Assembly: GCA_021432655.1 (NCBI GenBank)
Contig: MU271261.1
Coordinates: forward strand, 62,001-114,372
Reading direction: 5' to 3'
DNA length: 52,372 nucleotides
From: Atractiella rhizophila
Lineage: Eukaryota
Part shown: piece after piece, positions 1 through 12,216 of the stretch
Layout of the letters: every line of letters starts with the position of its first letter
Numbering within the stretch: the stretch's first letter is position 1
Position numbers and translations under genes: made by a program
The notes under the pieces: model-generated
Database searches by the model: none
Seen by the model: the letters and a program-made list of their open reading frames with translations, nothing else
What the model was told of the DNA's origin: nothing

Positions 1-2410
1 TCCTTTTCCAGACATTGGCTTCGTGTTCGAGTTTTCAACAGCAGGAATTGAAGGAGGATCGGGAACGTGGGGTGTACGTGGTGGAGAGATCGGTAAAGAA
101 TCAGTAGTAGGCAAAGCAGTCGGCTCCTTTACTTCGACGGTGGCCGTTTTCCCTTTCGATTTCGATTTCACCTTCGTCTCACTGCGAGGAGAAAGAGGCG
201 GTGAGATAGGCAATTCCTTTGGAGGAGTCTTGTCCTTTTCCTCCTTGGAGTCAGCAGCAGCTCCGTCGATGGCAACTGTTTCGGGGGGAGGTTGCCCTGG
301 AAGTTGGTCTGGAGGAGGGAGGGGAGAACGTGATGGGGTATCGTTCGTCGGTTCCGGCCTGGTGGGGATTGGAGGGACTGAGGCGGAGGCCCAGGGATTG
401 GCGGGAGGTACGAAGGATGATTGGGGTCGAGGGAGGTCTTCGAACGGATTTATATCTCGATTGAGGTCGAGGGGAGGGATGGAATCGAGCCTGGTCCTTC
501 TAGCTGCCGCTGCGCTGGCACTGGCACTAGCACTGGTGGCGGTTGTCTGGAGCTGTTGATGGGGAGTGGATGTGATTGAGGATTTGGCGGATGAGGAATT
601 CTTCAAGATGGACTTGCGCGTCTCCCTCGCTGCAGCTTGCGCTTGGGCAGTCTTTGAAGTGGTCGGAGCTCCGAAATCTTTTGTTCCCAAGGCACGGGGA
701 GAGTATGCGAGTTCTTCGTCCGGCTCCGGACTGTGAGGGAGAGGGAAATCCTTTGGATCCCAATCCTGTCTTGCTCCACGAAACGACGCAGCAGAAGACC
801 TCTTCGCCTTTGCCGTTGGAGAGGTCGTCTCGATCGTTCTTTGACCGTCAAGTTCCCTTGACTTTTGTTCGAGGTCGGCTAGAATTGCCTTTTCCATCAG
901 GCTCAAAGTTCCGATGGGCTTGTTTTTCTCCGAACCATGCGATTGAGTTTGATCCAAACGGGTCAGCTTGGGCATCAAAGTGGTTGGATCGTGATTGTCG
1001 ATGTTGAAACTGGGGGAGGAAATGGAGATGGATTCGGATGGGAGGGTGAAGGCGGGGTGGGGAGGGTCCAGGTGCCAGCTAGGCGAATCCTGGGTGATAC
1101 TAGCTATAGCTGAATTCAAAAATTAATTTTCATCTTCATCCATTGGGAGAGGGAGAAAACGCAGGGGAAGGCGTGAAACGTACAAGTAGATATAACACTG
1201 CTAAATCGCTGATCGAGTTTTTGTTTGAAATTGGCATTCCTCTCCATTCCTTCTCCCCTGCCCCTCCCCGATCCCAAACCTCCAATCCGAGGGCTGGCGA
1301 ACCCTCCCAATGCTCCTCTCGAAGGGGAACCAAATCCGGGAAAGGGAGACGCAGGTCTGATAATCTCACTGGCCCTTCCCAGCCCTGGCGCTGCCGCTCC
1401 TAAGCCGCTGGCGATGATGGCAGGGCTCTCCATATCCGGTATAGTCTTGCCAGTGCTCGAGGGTGTATCTGTCCGTTTGAGATAGTGAGACAAATCTGGG
1501 GTCCGAACTGGACCTCCAGCAGAGAAAGGGATGGATTGACCGAACGGATTGGAGGAGCGAGATGTGGAGGGACGAGGAGAGGCGGCCGAAGCAGACGCGG
1601 TGTTGAAGAGAGGGTTCGACGGATCAGGAGGAGCTGGAGAATTGGCCAAGGAGGGGATGAGGGAAGAGCGACCGTCCCTCGATCCGGGAGAAGGTAAGGA
1701 GGCATACATGTTCATGGCGGCCACCGCGCCAGCGATCGCACTCGTACTAGCGGTCGACGATGACGATGGAGTTGTTGGCTCCTCCCCTTCATTCGAAAGC
1801 ACGCTAGCGGCTGAAGAAGCCTTATCGCTCTCGTCTCTCTTGAATCTCCAGGTCTGGCTGATGGGTTCGTTCGGAAACCTGACCCTCCTCAGTCCTGCGT
1901 CCTCAGCGGCGGATCCGGGCCTGGACGGCGTTCTTGAGCTCTGAAGTTTGGTTTGCTTGAGGGCCGGGATGAGGACAGGACGGTCTTCACCAAGCGAGGA
2001 CAAATTGTTGTTGAGCATTTGGGGGATCGATGGACGGAGGGCTGAGGAACTGGAAGGTTCGAAGGAATCGAAGGCTTTCTCGGACGGCGTGTCTTCTCCT
2101 GGAGCGCGATTGGGTTGGGAGACTAAGGAGAAGGAGGTGTGGCCATCCGGTCGCTTGCTGCTGCCCCCGTTGGATGGGGAGAAGGTGGTGGTTATGGACG
2201 AGTGGAAAGAGGAGTCTGGGCGTGCGCCTTTGCGAGATGTGGATTCGTGGGTTTCCAATTCTTCGGAAGCGTTCAAGCTCGTGAAATGCTACGAGATAAA
2301 CACCATTCATCAACGCCTTTCTAAACAACTGGCAGGCAAGCCGTGAGGGGTCACGGAAGAGAGGGGTGACTGACCTCCTGAGAGAAGTTGTTCCCAAATC
2401 CAATAGGCAT
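1..2410 (-). CDS. Large Ser/Pro-rich, probably disordered protein of unknown function; 3' end runs off the window
   Basis: ATG at 2410 (MPIGFGNNFSQE), GT-AG intron, exon containing ORF 1116..2276, second intron ~1092-1163, then an open frame down to base 1. No globular domain recognised. Contains RRVRF, KSILK and NPF motifs. Confidence 0.7.
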
Positions 2411-2872
2411 GATTAAACGATAATTCAGACAATTACGATGCACAATATTCGCTGGTGGCCGTACAAGAAACGCGTAATGTCCTTTATGGCAGAGAGAAAC
2501 GTCGGAGCTGTCAAGGGCGGGTTGGGCGTGTTTGGACGAGTTGAGATCTTGAAAGTTGGGCGAATCGCTGCGTTCAAGATCATCGACGCATCCGCTAGCA
2601 ACGAGATTATTCAACGAGTGCCATCTAAATTGATCAAGCTTCTGATATTAAGCAATGCTCATCCAAACCGTGTTGTCCTCAAACCGCCTTCCAGAGTTCT
2701 GCTTCTGCGTCTTTGTTCTCAACCTTTTGCTCTTTACACTAAAGTTACACTTTATCTGGTGATTCAATACTACAGGTCAAACCACAAGTGCTGTCACGAC
2801 GCCACAGCCTAGCATCATCCTCACTAGGTAAGTGCACAAGTGTCAACTTCTCCTTGGACGCCTCACATTAGC

Positions 2873-4161
2873 CTACTCTGCATGAAATGGTGCAACATCC
2901 TTAACTCTCTCCCAAAGTTTCTCCATCGCTTCCAAAATCCAGCCATCCAGGGGACCTTTCTCCACCCATTCCAACCCCTCCTCAAGATGGCTCTTCCTAC
3001 TAGTACCTAGAATGACAGCATCTCCTTTCTCCCCTTTCAGGGCAGAATGATACACAAGCCATCGCGTTGCGACTTCGGAAGCAGTGGGTGAGTTAGGATG
3101 CGCTTTGAGCGTTGAGTGAAACTCCTTGAGTGCAGAGAAGTAAGCGGGCTTGTGGAACCAGCTCCTGTATGCTGTTGCCAAACGAGAATCTCCCGCGAAT
3201 CTGCAATGTTGTTAAGTCCACTGAGGTTGTGCCTTAGAAAGAAGGATCGTACCTTCCTGAAGCGCTCTCGTCCAGGATATGTTTTTCTTGAAAGAAACCA
3301 CCAGCAGTGGGTGAGTATGCGAAGAAGCTTATGTTGTGCTTTTGAAGCACGGGAAAAAGCTGCGACTCGACATTCCTGCCAACAATTCAGTCACTATCCC
3401 CCATACAGTTATGATCTGGGATATACCTCGCCAATCCATTATATTGCCCTTGATATACCGAAACCTTGACGAGATTGTGCTCTTGTGAAAGTCTGATCAA
3501 CTCCTCGACCTCATCTACATGAAAATTCGACACTCCAAACTGAATCACCATCAGAGAGAGTAAAAAGTGTTACTAGCAACACTTGACAAACTCACCTTCT
3601 CAAACTTTCCTTCTTTGTGCAATACATCGATTGCTCTCAATTGTTCGAGAAGAGGTGTTGACCTTTCAGGATGATGCAGATAAAAAGTTCTCACTTTAGA
3701 AACATTCAAGCTAATTCCCAACATCAATACATCTCCCACAAGTCATGCGGATAAACTGACCGTTTCAAACTGCTTTCTAAGCTGTTCCTCAAGTTCTCCA
3801 AGTTATGGGCATTGGGTAACGCATAGTTAGCCTTGGTGTCTACCTTCCAGCCCTTCTCAGCCGCTTTCCACTGGCCAAGGAGCGCTTCGGAAGAGGTAGG
3901 AGCTCCGGGGGCGTAAACGTATGCGGTGTCCTGAGCATTCATCAGCTGCGGACAGTACTTCCAAATTTTTACTGACCACGCTCTTGAAACCTTTGGAAGA
4001 ATAGAGCGGCAGATTCTCATCGAGGGCATCTAGCGTATTGAGCCAATAAGTTCCCCCAATACTTCCTGCACTCCGTCGTCTTAGCTTAGGGCCGTCTCAT
4101 CAAAGACATGGCACAACGCACCTCCACCAAATACAATCTCGACAGGAACTTTGCTAGACAT
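2873..4161 (-). CDS. Aldo-keto reductase, AKR7/aflatoxin B1 aldehyde reductase-like (multi-exon)
   Basis: Spliced translation gives DTAYVY, VDTK and FYLHHP (the AKR catalytic D/Y/K/H), then LRAIDVLHKEGKF and RWLVYHSALKGEKGDAVILG...EKGPL. Confidence 0.9.
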
Positions 4162-5422
4162 TTTACTTCTTTCCTGCTTCTTTCACTTAAGATAAGAACA
4201 AAATTAAATTCAACACAGGTACTTTATATGTTATTTGCAACCCTCGGACGCTTACAATGCAACGGCTGACCATTACCTCACTGCGTCCTCCCGCGGGACA
4301 GATAGCAAACTAGAAACGTAAACGCTGACCAACCCCAATATTACTGCATGATATTTTCCCATCAGGAGAAGTAGAGAAGAAGAGATATCTCCATGCGAAA
4401 GCTTCCACTTGCGCGGCAAACAATTATAGTGTCAGCAAACCGTATTTTGGACGGTAGCCCTATGAGGACCGCGACATGAGAGTGGTTACGGATAACCCAT
4501 ACTTGCGAAGATGTATGACAGGGTGTGGGGTATGGGATAGAGAAAGTCAGCGTCTCGACATTGCACAAGGCGAGGACGGGCAGGATCACAAGGCACACTT
4601 CGGTGACAACTCTGTAAATCTGTGCCTGATGACCTAGGCAATATGTCAATAATTTGTAGTGGCGAGGTCTTTTGAATGGCGGAGGATCCTCTTCGAGTTT
4701 CTGGATCCTTCCTCTCAGCCATGAAGTTTGCATAAACGGGACAACTGTCTTCTTCGTCTCATCACTCCGAATAAAAGTGAGATATCTGCACGACTCTTTT
4801 GGTTATTAATTGAATAGCCATTTCTGCAATTGAAGGGGTCTGCCCTTCAACGCTCCCATACCTCATGCATAAACATGCAACTCACAAGTCCCCTTCTTGA
4901 GCCTACTGGCAAATCCTTCTTCATCATTTCTCTCCCGTGGTTCACGTTGACGCTCACCTGCTCGCTTGACTGCTGGAGCTCTCCTTCGCTAATTGGTCTG
5001 CTGTTTACAGCGTTAGCTGGTATTAGCCTTTCTCAGCAAATGGAAACCAAATATAAAACTAAGATGATCGTGAGTGCTGCGCGATTTCCTTGTTGCCAAT
5101 GATTTCCAAATACCCGACCAACAAAAATACAACAACTACTTGATATGCTTCGACTTCGGTAGGATTGGGCCGGGATCCGCGAAAACGGAATCCTTTTGTA
5201 GTGTGAGTGTGGAATGCTCAGGCAAGTACTTTCTCTCACCAGCGATGGGTTGTCTTTTCCTCCCGAACTGCTCGAACTGCCTCAAAAGTTCAAAACCCCC
5301 CAAAATGTACAATATTGTGTACCAGGTATAATGCCAGAACCGCCTTGATTACGTATTCCCATGCAGATCTTATTAAACTCAGAACGTTCCTTCATACATT
5401 CTGGCAGCCAGCCAAGCTGATT

Positions 5423-6721
5423 TCAATTCAAGCTATTATAGGTTTGTCCCCCTTGGTTCAAATTACCGTTGTCATCCAGAAGAATCCCTTTGAACGCCCC
5501 AAAATACCTATGGCGCATATGAAAATAGTCAAAGAAAATAAACATGCTTACGCGTATCTTTCAAGACCAGGGAGATCCTCCAACCAAGGGATCATGGTGT
5601 TTAAAAACGTTGTAGTGTCGGCTGGTGTCGCACCCCAACCGGCCCACTAAAATGCTCTTAAGTTAACTTTGTCTGCGATGAGGTAAATGCCCACCTCGGT
5701 CATCCAGCACTTCCTGGGTGCATAGTGCGTGACAGTATCGTTGATGTAACCTTGAAAGTATCCTACGTTCCACGCCTGGTCATAGATGCTGGTATGAGGC
5801 AGTTTATAATCATTATCAATGAATCAAATGTACGGGACCGCTTACTGGAAAGCAATGACATCTATAGTGCAGCCAGTGCAGGCGGCAAGGAATCTGTCAA
5901 GCCAATCCTTTCCCGTTGGTGGGCCACCATCTGCAGAATTTATTTGAGGTCTCTCCGGAAGACTTCGAAATCGAATCAAGTAGACGCACTGGTCACAGCT
6001 GGAGAGACAAGCTTGACTCTTCCAGCATAAGGTTGCATGTACTTCCGCCACGCTTTGCCTTATATCAGCTCAATAGCCAATAGGTCTTACTGTACAGCAC
6101 CTGTGACCGCTCGATCAACGTCCATATTAGCCTGTTAGTTTTGTTGTCAGGTTCCGCTTATAAGGAAAGAATGACGGTACTTGTTCCGCCAAATCCGGTT
6201 CATTAAAGCTGTGCGAATTTCAGACACAGTTTACAATGAAGCACGCAGAGAAGGAACAAACTCACGCAAGGAGATGTGTCGCACCAGCCGCGATTGCCTT
6301 TTCGACATTTGCCTGCCACTCGGCGAGAGGCGGAGCATCATTCCAAATCATGGGGATAAACTGCTTTCCAGTCAAACCGGAGGGAATTGCAGAACCCCTT
6401 GGTGTTCCTTTCAGTCAGTCCCACGTTCGACGTAAGCAGAGTTAGCTAACCAGTTGTAGGCCCATTTTACACTGTTTGCATCAATCAGGCTCTGAACCTT
6501 TGCTTCAAAGATGAAATCACTCACGACGAACCAAATTTGTTCGCAAGAGCAACTTCATTGAAAGATATTCCCTTCTTTCCCGATCCTTGTCGTTTTTCCA
6601 CCTCTATGGGGTTTGCCGCAGTTGTAGCGATAGAGACTGCAGTGAAAAAAAAAAAAAAAAAAAAAAAAAAGAGAGAGAGGAGGTGGTCCTCTTATGATCT
6701 ATCCGGGCAGAGGAGCCTCAT
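5423..6721 (-). CDS. Glycoside hydrolase family 128 (Glyco_hydro_cc/Asl1-like) beta-1,3-glucanase; 5' end anomalous
   Basis: About 10 exons splice to GKKGISFN..WAYNW..FIPMIW..LLAFNEPD..KLVSPAVT..WLDRFL..IDVIAFHIY..WMTEW..ERYAYFG..GQTYNSLN*. Both catalytic Glu motifs (NEP, WxTE) are present. The start is uncertain (see findings). Confidence 0.88.
6645..6670 (+). repeat. A26 homopolymer followed by a short (GA)n tract
   Basis: 26 consecutive A counted directly; lies in the GH128 5' region. Confidence 0.95.
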
Positions 6722-7808
6722 GCAGCTCTCACGCTGCTACCTTCTAATCGATTGATCATGAATCTCAATCAATCTCTGGCATTTTTGTCCACCGCGCTCA
6801 ACGTCGCGTTAGCCTCTTTGGAACGAACTCACTCGCACTTCACAGGCACAAGCTCTTGCACATCGATCAGACGGTCCAGCGGGGCGACCATAAGTCTCGG
6901 GAGCACTCGAGGCGTTTGAGACTTGAGGATCCTCCGTCCTGCCTCGCTTATTCGCCCTTCCGGCGCCACTTGGACAATCGTTGTAGTGCAATCATCGATT
7001 GCTGCCTCACGTCGTTATCGATGACCCTGTCATTTGATAACCGTCAACTATGCCAACTTTCGTTTCCATTCCATTTGCTGTGATGCGGGCAACGATGTCG
7101 GCAACAGCAAATCAGTTCACATGCCTCGCATACCTGTGGTAGTGTCATAGCTGACCTTTTCATCGATGCATCCACGATAATATAGATGATGGACGTTTTA
7201 GCCTCGTATTCAACTTTATCCTTATCCGACATACGAGAACAGAGAGATCATTGTTCATCGCCCCAAAAGATTGGACAACCGCGGTGAATCAAGCGAATGT
7301 ACCATTCGAATTAGATTCCATCAGTCTTCAGTACTTCAGTCTTCTTCCACTTCCAGAGTCCAAAAGACCTTACAATCAAGGACAGTACTATCTGACAGAG
7401 CACTGCCATCAGAATGCCTGAGGCACATTGTGAAGAGATTCTTCAACAGCATGTGGTCAATGGTCGCATCGATTTCTGATTCCCGACATTCTCTGCTGCT
7501 CCATACTACACCACCACAAATAGCAAAAAGATCCCGTTAGTCTACTTTCCGTCCACCTCGCTCCTACACGAGTGTGTCATGGTAGACCATGTGTTAGTCC
7601 CACCAAGCTAAGGAATCCACAAGGTAGCATTATTCACTCAAGGATTTGCTGGCATAGATTCTCGTTGGGCTTCTTTCTGTGCAGTGAACGGTCGAGGTGA
7701 CAGAGACAACGTTGCCGAGTTCTGCACCACCACATAAAAGGCGAGGAAAATAAATGAGCTGTGTCTTCAGGAAATTCCTCCGTTGTCATTAGGAAGTCAC
7801 CTCAAGCC

Positions 7809-10097
7809 ATGTTGACCGTTCAATCCACTGTTCTGCTGCTTGCCTCTGTTGGCTTGTCCCAAGCTTGGTTTAGGTATGTTTTGGTGGTTGCTGAATTTAC
7901 TTCGCAAGGCCAACACTGCGGTGACAGGGTTAGTTGCGTCGGCAATCTGCTGGAAGCTCGTGTCGATCCCGTAGTTTCAGTGAGCATTTAGAAAACATAT
8001 GTTCTCGGAGGCAGGTGCTGACTTTTTTGTAGCCTGGAAGTATGTTATTCTATATCCTGCTTAAAGCTTGGACGACAGCGCTGAGATGATCTCCTATAGT
8101 TGCTCCTACGCAACATGTGAGGATATATTCATGTTGATTTCTCACTGCTGACAATGATATGTGGCAAGACTCATACGATTCAAGGAGCGAAGAGTAAGCT
8201 CTCCGTCTTGTGGACATCTTGCTTGACGCCACAGTAGACTTTCGCTCGAACTCTACCTACGACACTTTGAGAGCATCTTCCTGCAGTAATTGCCTGGTGA
8301 GCTCCTCCTCTTCAGTGACGACGTCGAATCGAATTGAGGTGCTCAGGTTGTTCCGCAAGATTTTTCAAATTATTGGTTTGTATGTTCCAATGTCCTGTCA
8401 CTTGCTGATATGAAGCTTGCAGGTTTCCCAAATTATACTTTATCGATCCTAAAGGTGGATTCGACCGAGTGCCCGATGGAGGGTAAGCACTTCACTCTCC
8501 ATTTTAGTACTGGAACCGTTAAACGTGGGTGGAAGGCTCCTTGTTTACTACCAGGCAAGACGCCTCCCTTTCAGCATATTGTCTTATTCTTTGAGCCTAG
8601 AATCGAGGAGACGCTGACCCGTCGAACGGTGGGCCTGGATTGAAGGCGTTCCCAAAAGGTCGGTCCTGTCTTCTTAATTCTTCATAGAGAACTGACGGCG
8701 TCCAATGAGGTTTCAAAATGAGATCTGGAAATCCTACTCGCAGGGCTAGGAAATACCCTGACAGCGACACGACTCAAGCTGGACTGGCAGACAGAGCGAC
8801 TTTCCACAGCTGTATCGGAGGAACGCACCAAGGTGACACTTGGGGCTTCCCTGCTGGCAACTGTCCTGGAGGTCAGTCTGATGTTCGAGAGATTCTGATC
8901 GTGGATCCTGACGATGGATCATCTACACTACTACCTGTATAGGATTGAACTCACGGTCCGTTCTTGCCACTTTGAGTGACCTGCTCTAACGTCTCCTTCC
9001 TCTCATTTCAAAGGGTTCATGTCAGTCTCCTTTTTACTTTTTCAAACTAATCGCACTCATCGCTTGTGCTATATCTATCAGATGCCTGTACGTCCTTCTC
9101 TTCATCTCAGTGTTCACAGCTAAGCGGTTCGCTCAGGCTTGCTGGGATGGGAAAAATGTGGCGCCACTTGACAATTCCCACGTCGCCTACTTGTCTCAAA
9201 TAGATAACGGTATGTTCATGTCTTTCTCGCCTTGCTTGATTTGATTGTTCGAAGGAAAATGTCCCGATACGCATCCTGTCCCCCTCATGAAGGTCAGTTC
9301 TCTTGCTGTCGTACTTTGTTAGTCTGATGTTTTTACGCAGTTGTTTTACGAAGGCACAATATTCTTACTCTTGCGAGAACGATTTTATGGCTAATTTCTG
9401 TGCAGTTACCTGGGATATCGACTCCTTTGTCAAGAGTGGAAGGTGGGATGGAAACGGATTCCCCTTCACGTACGCCTCTTCTCTTCTATTTAATCGCTTC
9501 TATCCAACTGACATCTGTGATACAACAGGCTGGCGTGAGTGCTTTTGTTGTCCAATAGTGATTCTACTCAGCCATGTCCAACGGGATAGTCCAGGTGATC
9601 CGTGAGTGGTGTCCTCCGCTTAGGCAGCAAGCGACTGACGAGTTGAACTGCTGGAAAGAACTGGTTACGGGTGAGTTTTGGTATTAACCATTGATTTCCA
9701 TCGCTGAACGAAGCATAGATGGCACGCTGACTTTCAGGTACCCTTTTCCAAATCTTTTGGCAGTGCACTGAAAGATTCGGGACAACACAGAACGGCTGGG
9801 ACTTGACCGCTCTTCAAAACGCAATCGACCACTGCAACAGCACTCCCGAGCAGAAGGACGGCAAAACCGAATACTGTCCTTACCTGACAGTCATTCCGAG
9901 GGAGACGGCCGATCTCTGCAGGGCCACTGCTGAATATTCAGAAAACGTTCAAGGGCCTTTCGCAAGGTGAGTCGTTTGGGTCCGTTGATTTGGAGGCAAG
10001 CTCATTTGTGTTTGAACAAAGGCTCCCGGGATGCAACCCTCTTCAATATGGACCTGGAGACGTTACTTTGTACACGGCAGCGAACTGCCCCATCTGA
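7809..10097 (+). CDS. Secreted DUF1996-domain protein, about 24 exons
   Basis: Signal peptide MLTVQSTVLLLASVGLSQA; motifs RVDPVVSPG, DFSNYW, AFPKGFKMRSGNP, CWDGKN, CPDTHPV, GDPTGYGWHADFQNGWD, LPGCNP after manual splicing. Confidence 0.9.
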
Positions 10098-10369
10098 ATG
10101 AATGTTTTGATGTCTGAAGCTTCAGATTCGATTCGTGATGTGATGACGATGTGGAATGCTTTGTCTGGGTCTCCAAAATCGAATAGGAGAAAATGCAGCT
10201 GAATGAAATACAATCTTTCTGTCTTTTCATCTTTCTTCGTCAATCGCAGTAGACATTCTTCTCTAAATTCGATACATTGGCGACTTCGCCGACCATAACA
10301 ACCATAACTGGCAACTTCACCATACCCCTTTTCCTTATATACCATCTACCAAATGATGGAGCACGTAGT

Positions 10370-11077
10370 CTAAAATCCGAGATCCTCGTCTGCCTCCTCC
10401 TCATCCCAGTCGTCCTCCTTCTCCATCGTATACTCCACACTCCACGGCTTCAACTCCCTCACCTTTTCCCTTTCCCTCTCCTGCTCCTCGCTTCTCGAAT
10501 GAATATCGAACGTCGTCCCACCCTCATGCCCACCGAATCCAGTCGCGTTAACCTTTGGCTCTGCTGTGGCTACTTTTGGTGGTAGAGGAACCGGTTGGGA
10601 TGAGGAAAGGAGCAGAAGGTGGCGAATAACGAGGGGTGTACGGTTAGGTAGACGTGAGAAGAGCTCGATGATCGCTTCTCCTTCTTCATCCGCATCGTCT
10701 TCGTATGACACTTGCATCTTCGGAAGTAGGTCCCATATCCTCACGTCGTCCTCAGAGACGCTGTAGCGTTGTAGGATCTCTTCTAAGGCTTGAGGATGGT
10801 GCAGATGGACGTGGAGGACTGAATGGGCGGTTGTGGGATGAAGGAGGAGTGCGAGGAGCTGCGGAGGAGGAGGAAGGAGGAAGAGGACAGTCGTTTTTTC
10901 GTTTGAGGAGAGGAGGGAAGAGAGATGCTTGTACGCTTTTGGGAGGGAGGTGGGAAGAGAAGTACCTGGATTGACGGACTGGAAACGACCGGAGAAGTGG
11001 TGGAGGGTCCGTTGGAGGGTGTGCGTGGGAGAGCAAGTTAGCACGGTGAGAGCATGTGGGGTAGTGAGGACGTCCAT
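10370..11077 (-). CDS. ELP5: Elongator complex subunit 5 (Elp5/Iki1)-like
   Basis: 235-aa ORF with a C-terminal TTFDI..EQEREREKV..Y..EKEDDWDEEEADEDLGF signature like that of Elp5. Confidence 0.7.
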   Translation of the reverse strand: MDVLTTPHALTVLTCSPTHTLQRTLHHFSGRFQSVNPGTSLPTSLPKAYKHLSSLLSSNEKTTVLFLLPPPPQLLALLLHPTTAHSVLHVHLHHPQALEEILQRYSVSEDDVRIWDLLPKMQVSYEDDADEEGEAIIELFSRLPNRTPLVIRHLLLLSSSQPVPLPPKVATAEPKVNATGFGGHEGGTTFDIHSRSEEQEREREKVRELKPWSVEYTMEKEDDWDEEEADEDLGF

Positions 11078-11651
11078 TGCACTGCAAATTAGTTCAATCT
11101 GTTTCTCCTACTGAAGACATTGCGAACATCCGTCCCAGTCAGTTTCGAGGACGCAACTCTAGATTATGCAGCTCCTTGCTGGAGCATCTCCCACATCTCA
11201 GTTAAGAGCAGGGAAGCTCTGAACAATAGTTGTTCATGAACGCAGTATATTATCAAATTGCATGCAATCAAGCAAGTCGGCAGACAGCAGAGAAGCATCA
11301 CACAAAGATAGCTCTGAGGCACATCCAATTTCCTCTCTCTGCGCATCACGCGACAAGAAGGACGGCATCAGGCTTACAGACTCTCCCCAAGGAATTCATT
11401 CATACATAGAGACGTACCCTCGCAGATAACCTCTCCCTTTGACACTTTGATTCCTCGACTCCAAGCACAGAACGCAGCAAGTACCCACTCTTCAGTAATA
11501 TCAAAGCCTCAGTCAGCTTCAGTGCCTCGACGCCCTCCTGATCTGATCGAGCGTCAAAATCTCAGCCAATCGGCCGGGATTGCGCCGCCACCGGCCACCG
11601 GACAGCCGGAGTTGTTGACCGGGTGGCACAAGTCCGCATACAAGGGGACGA

Positions 11652-11699
11652 ACAGAACGCGTCTGAGCAGAATCACAGAACGCGTCTGAGCAGAATCAC
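11652..11699 (+). repeat. Perfect 23-bp tandem duplication (ACAGAACGCGTCTGAGCAGAATC x2)
   Basis: Seen directly; each unit contains ACGCGT. Confidence 0.95.
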
Positions 11700-12216
11700 G
11701 TCGTCGAAACCTGTAACTTCTTCCTGCAGGCCAAATCATCAAATAGATCGCACCCTGTCAGCGCTCGTCCTGCAGACGCTCAGGTCACGGCGAAAAGGAC
11801 TTGCGAAAAGGTCACAAAGGTCGCCCAGGAACACAGCGTACAGGGGAAAGTCCGGATCCCTCAGTGGGGCGGCTCTTGTGAAAGTCTAGCAACGACCACC
11901 TCTTCGACGATTTCTCTTCTGTTCTGTGATTTCGAAGTTGTGTCGTCTCGAAAAGCTCGGATTGTGGCAGTCAAGGAACAAAGCATCCGAAGAGTGGACC
12001 ATTTCGGCGCTTGTTTCATTCTACTTCGGTGTTTACTCCCAGATCGCTTTATTCCTCCCTGTGCAGAAGGAGCATCCAAGATTCCCGTTCGAGGAGCAGA
12101 GCCGTTCATCAGGATAAAAAGCGCATATCTCCTATTTTCCCACTTTTCTTGCCTCCACCTCTCCCTTCACTATCCAGCAACGTCGAGCTCAAACTACCGT
12201 TGCAAGATTCGAAACC

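Noticed and set aside
23..2346. Several plus-strand ORFs of 130-180 aa
   Set aside because: Antisense shadows of the Ser/Pro-rich minus-strand gene.
4300..5350. Short ORFs, an intron-like segment and the hairpin TTGAAGGG..CCCTTCAA (4830-4850); first suspected to be a transposon relic
   Set aside because: No coherent spliced frame, transposase motif or terminal repeats could be built.
6645..6670. A26 as a retroelement poly(A) tail
   Set aside because: The sequence to its left is the intron-containing GH128 gene in antisense, not a retroelement body.
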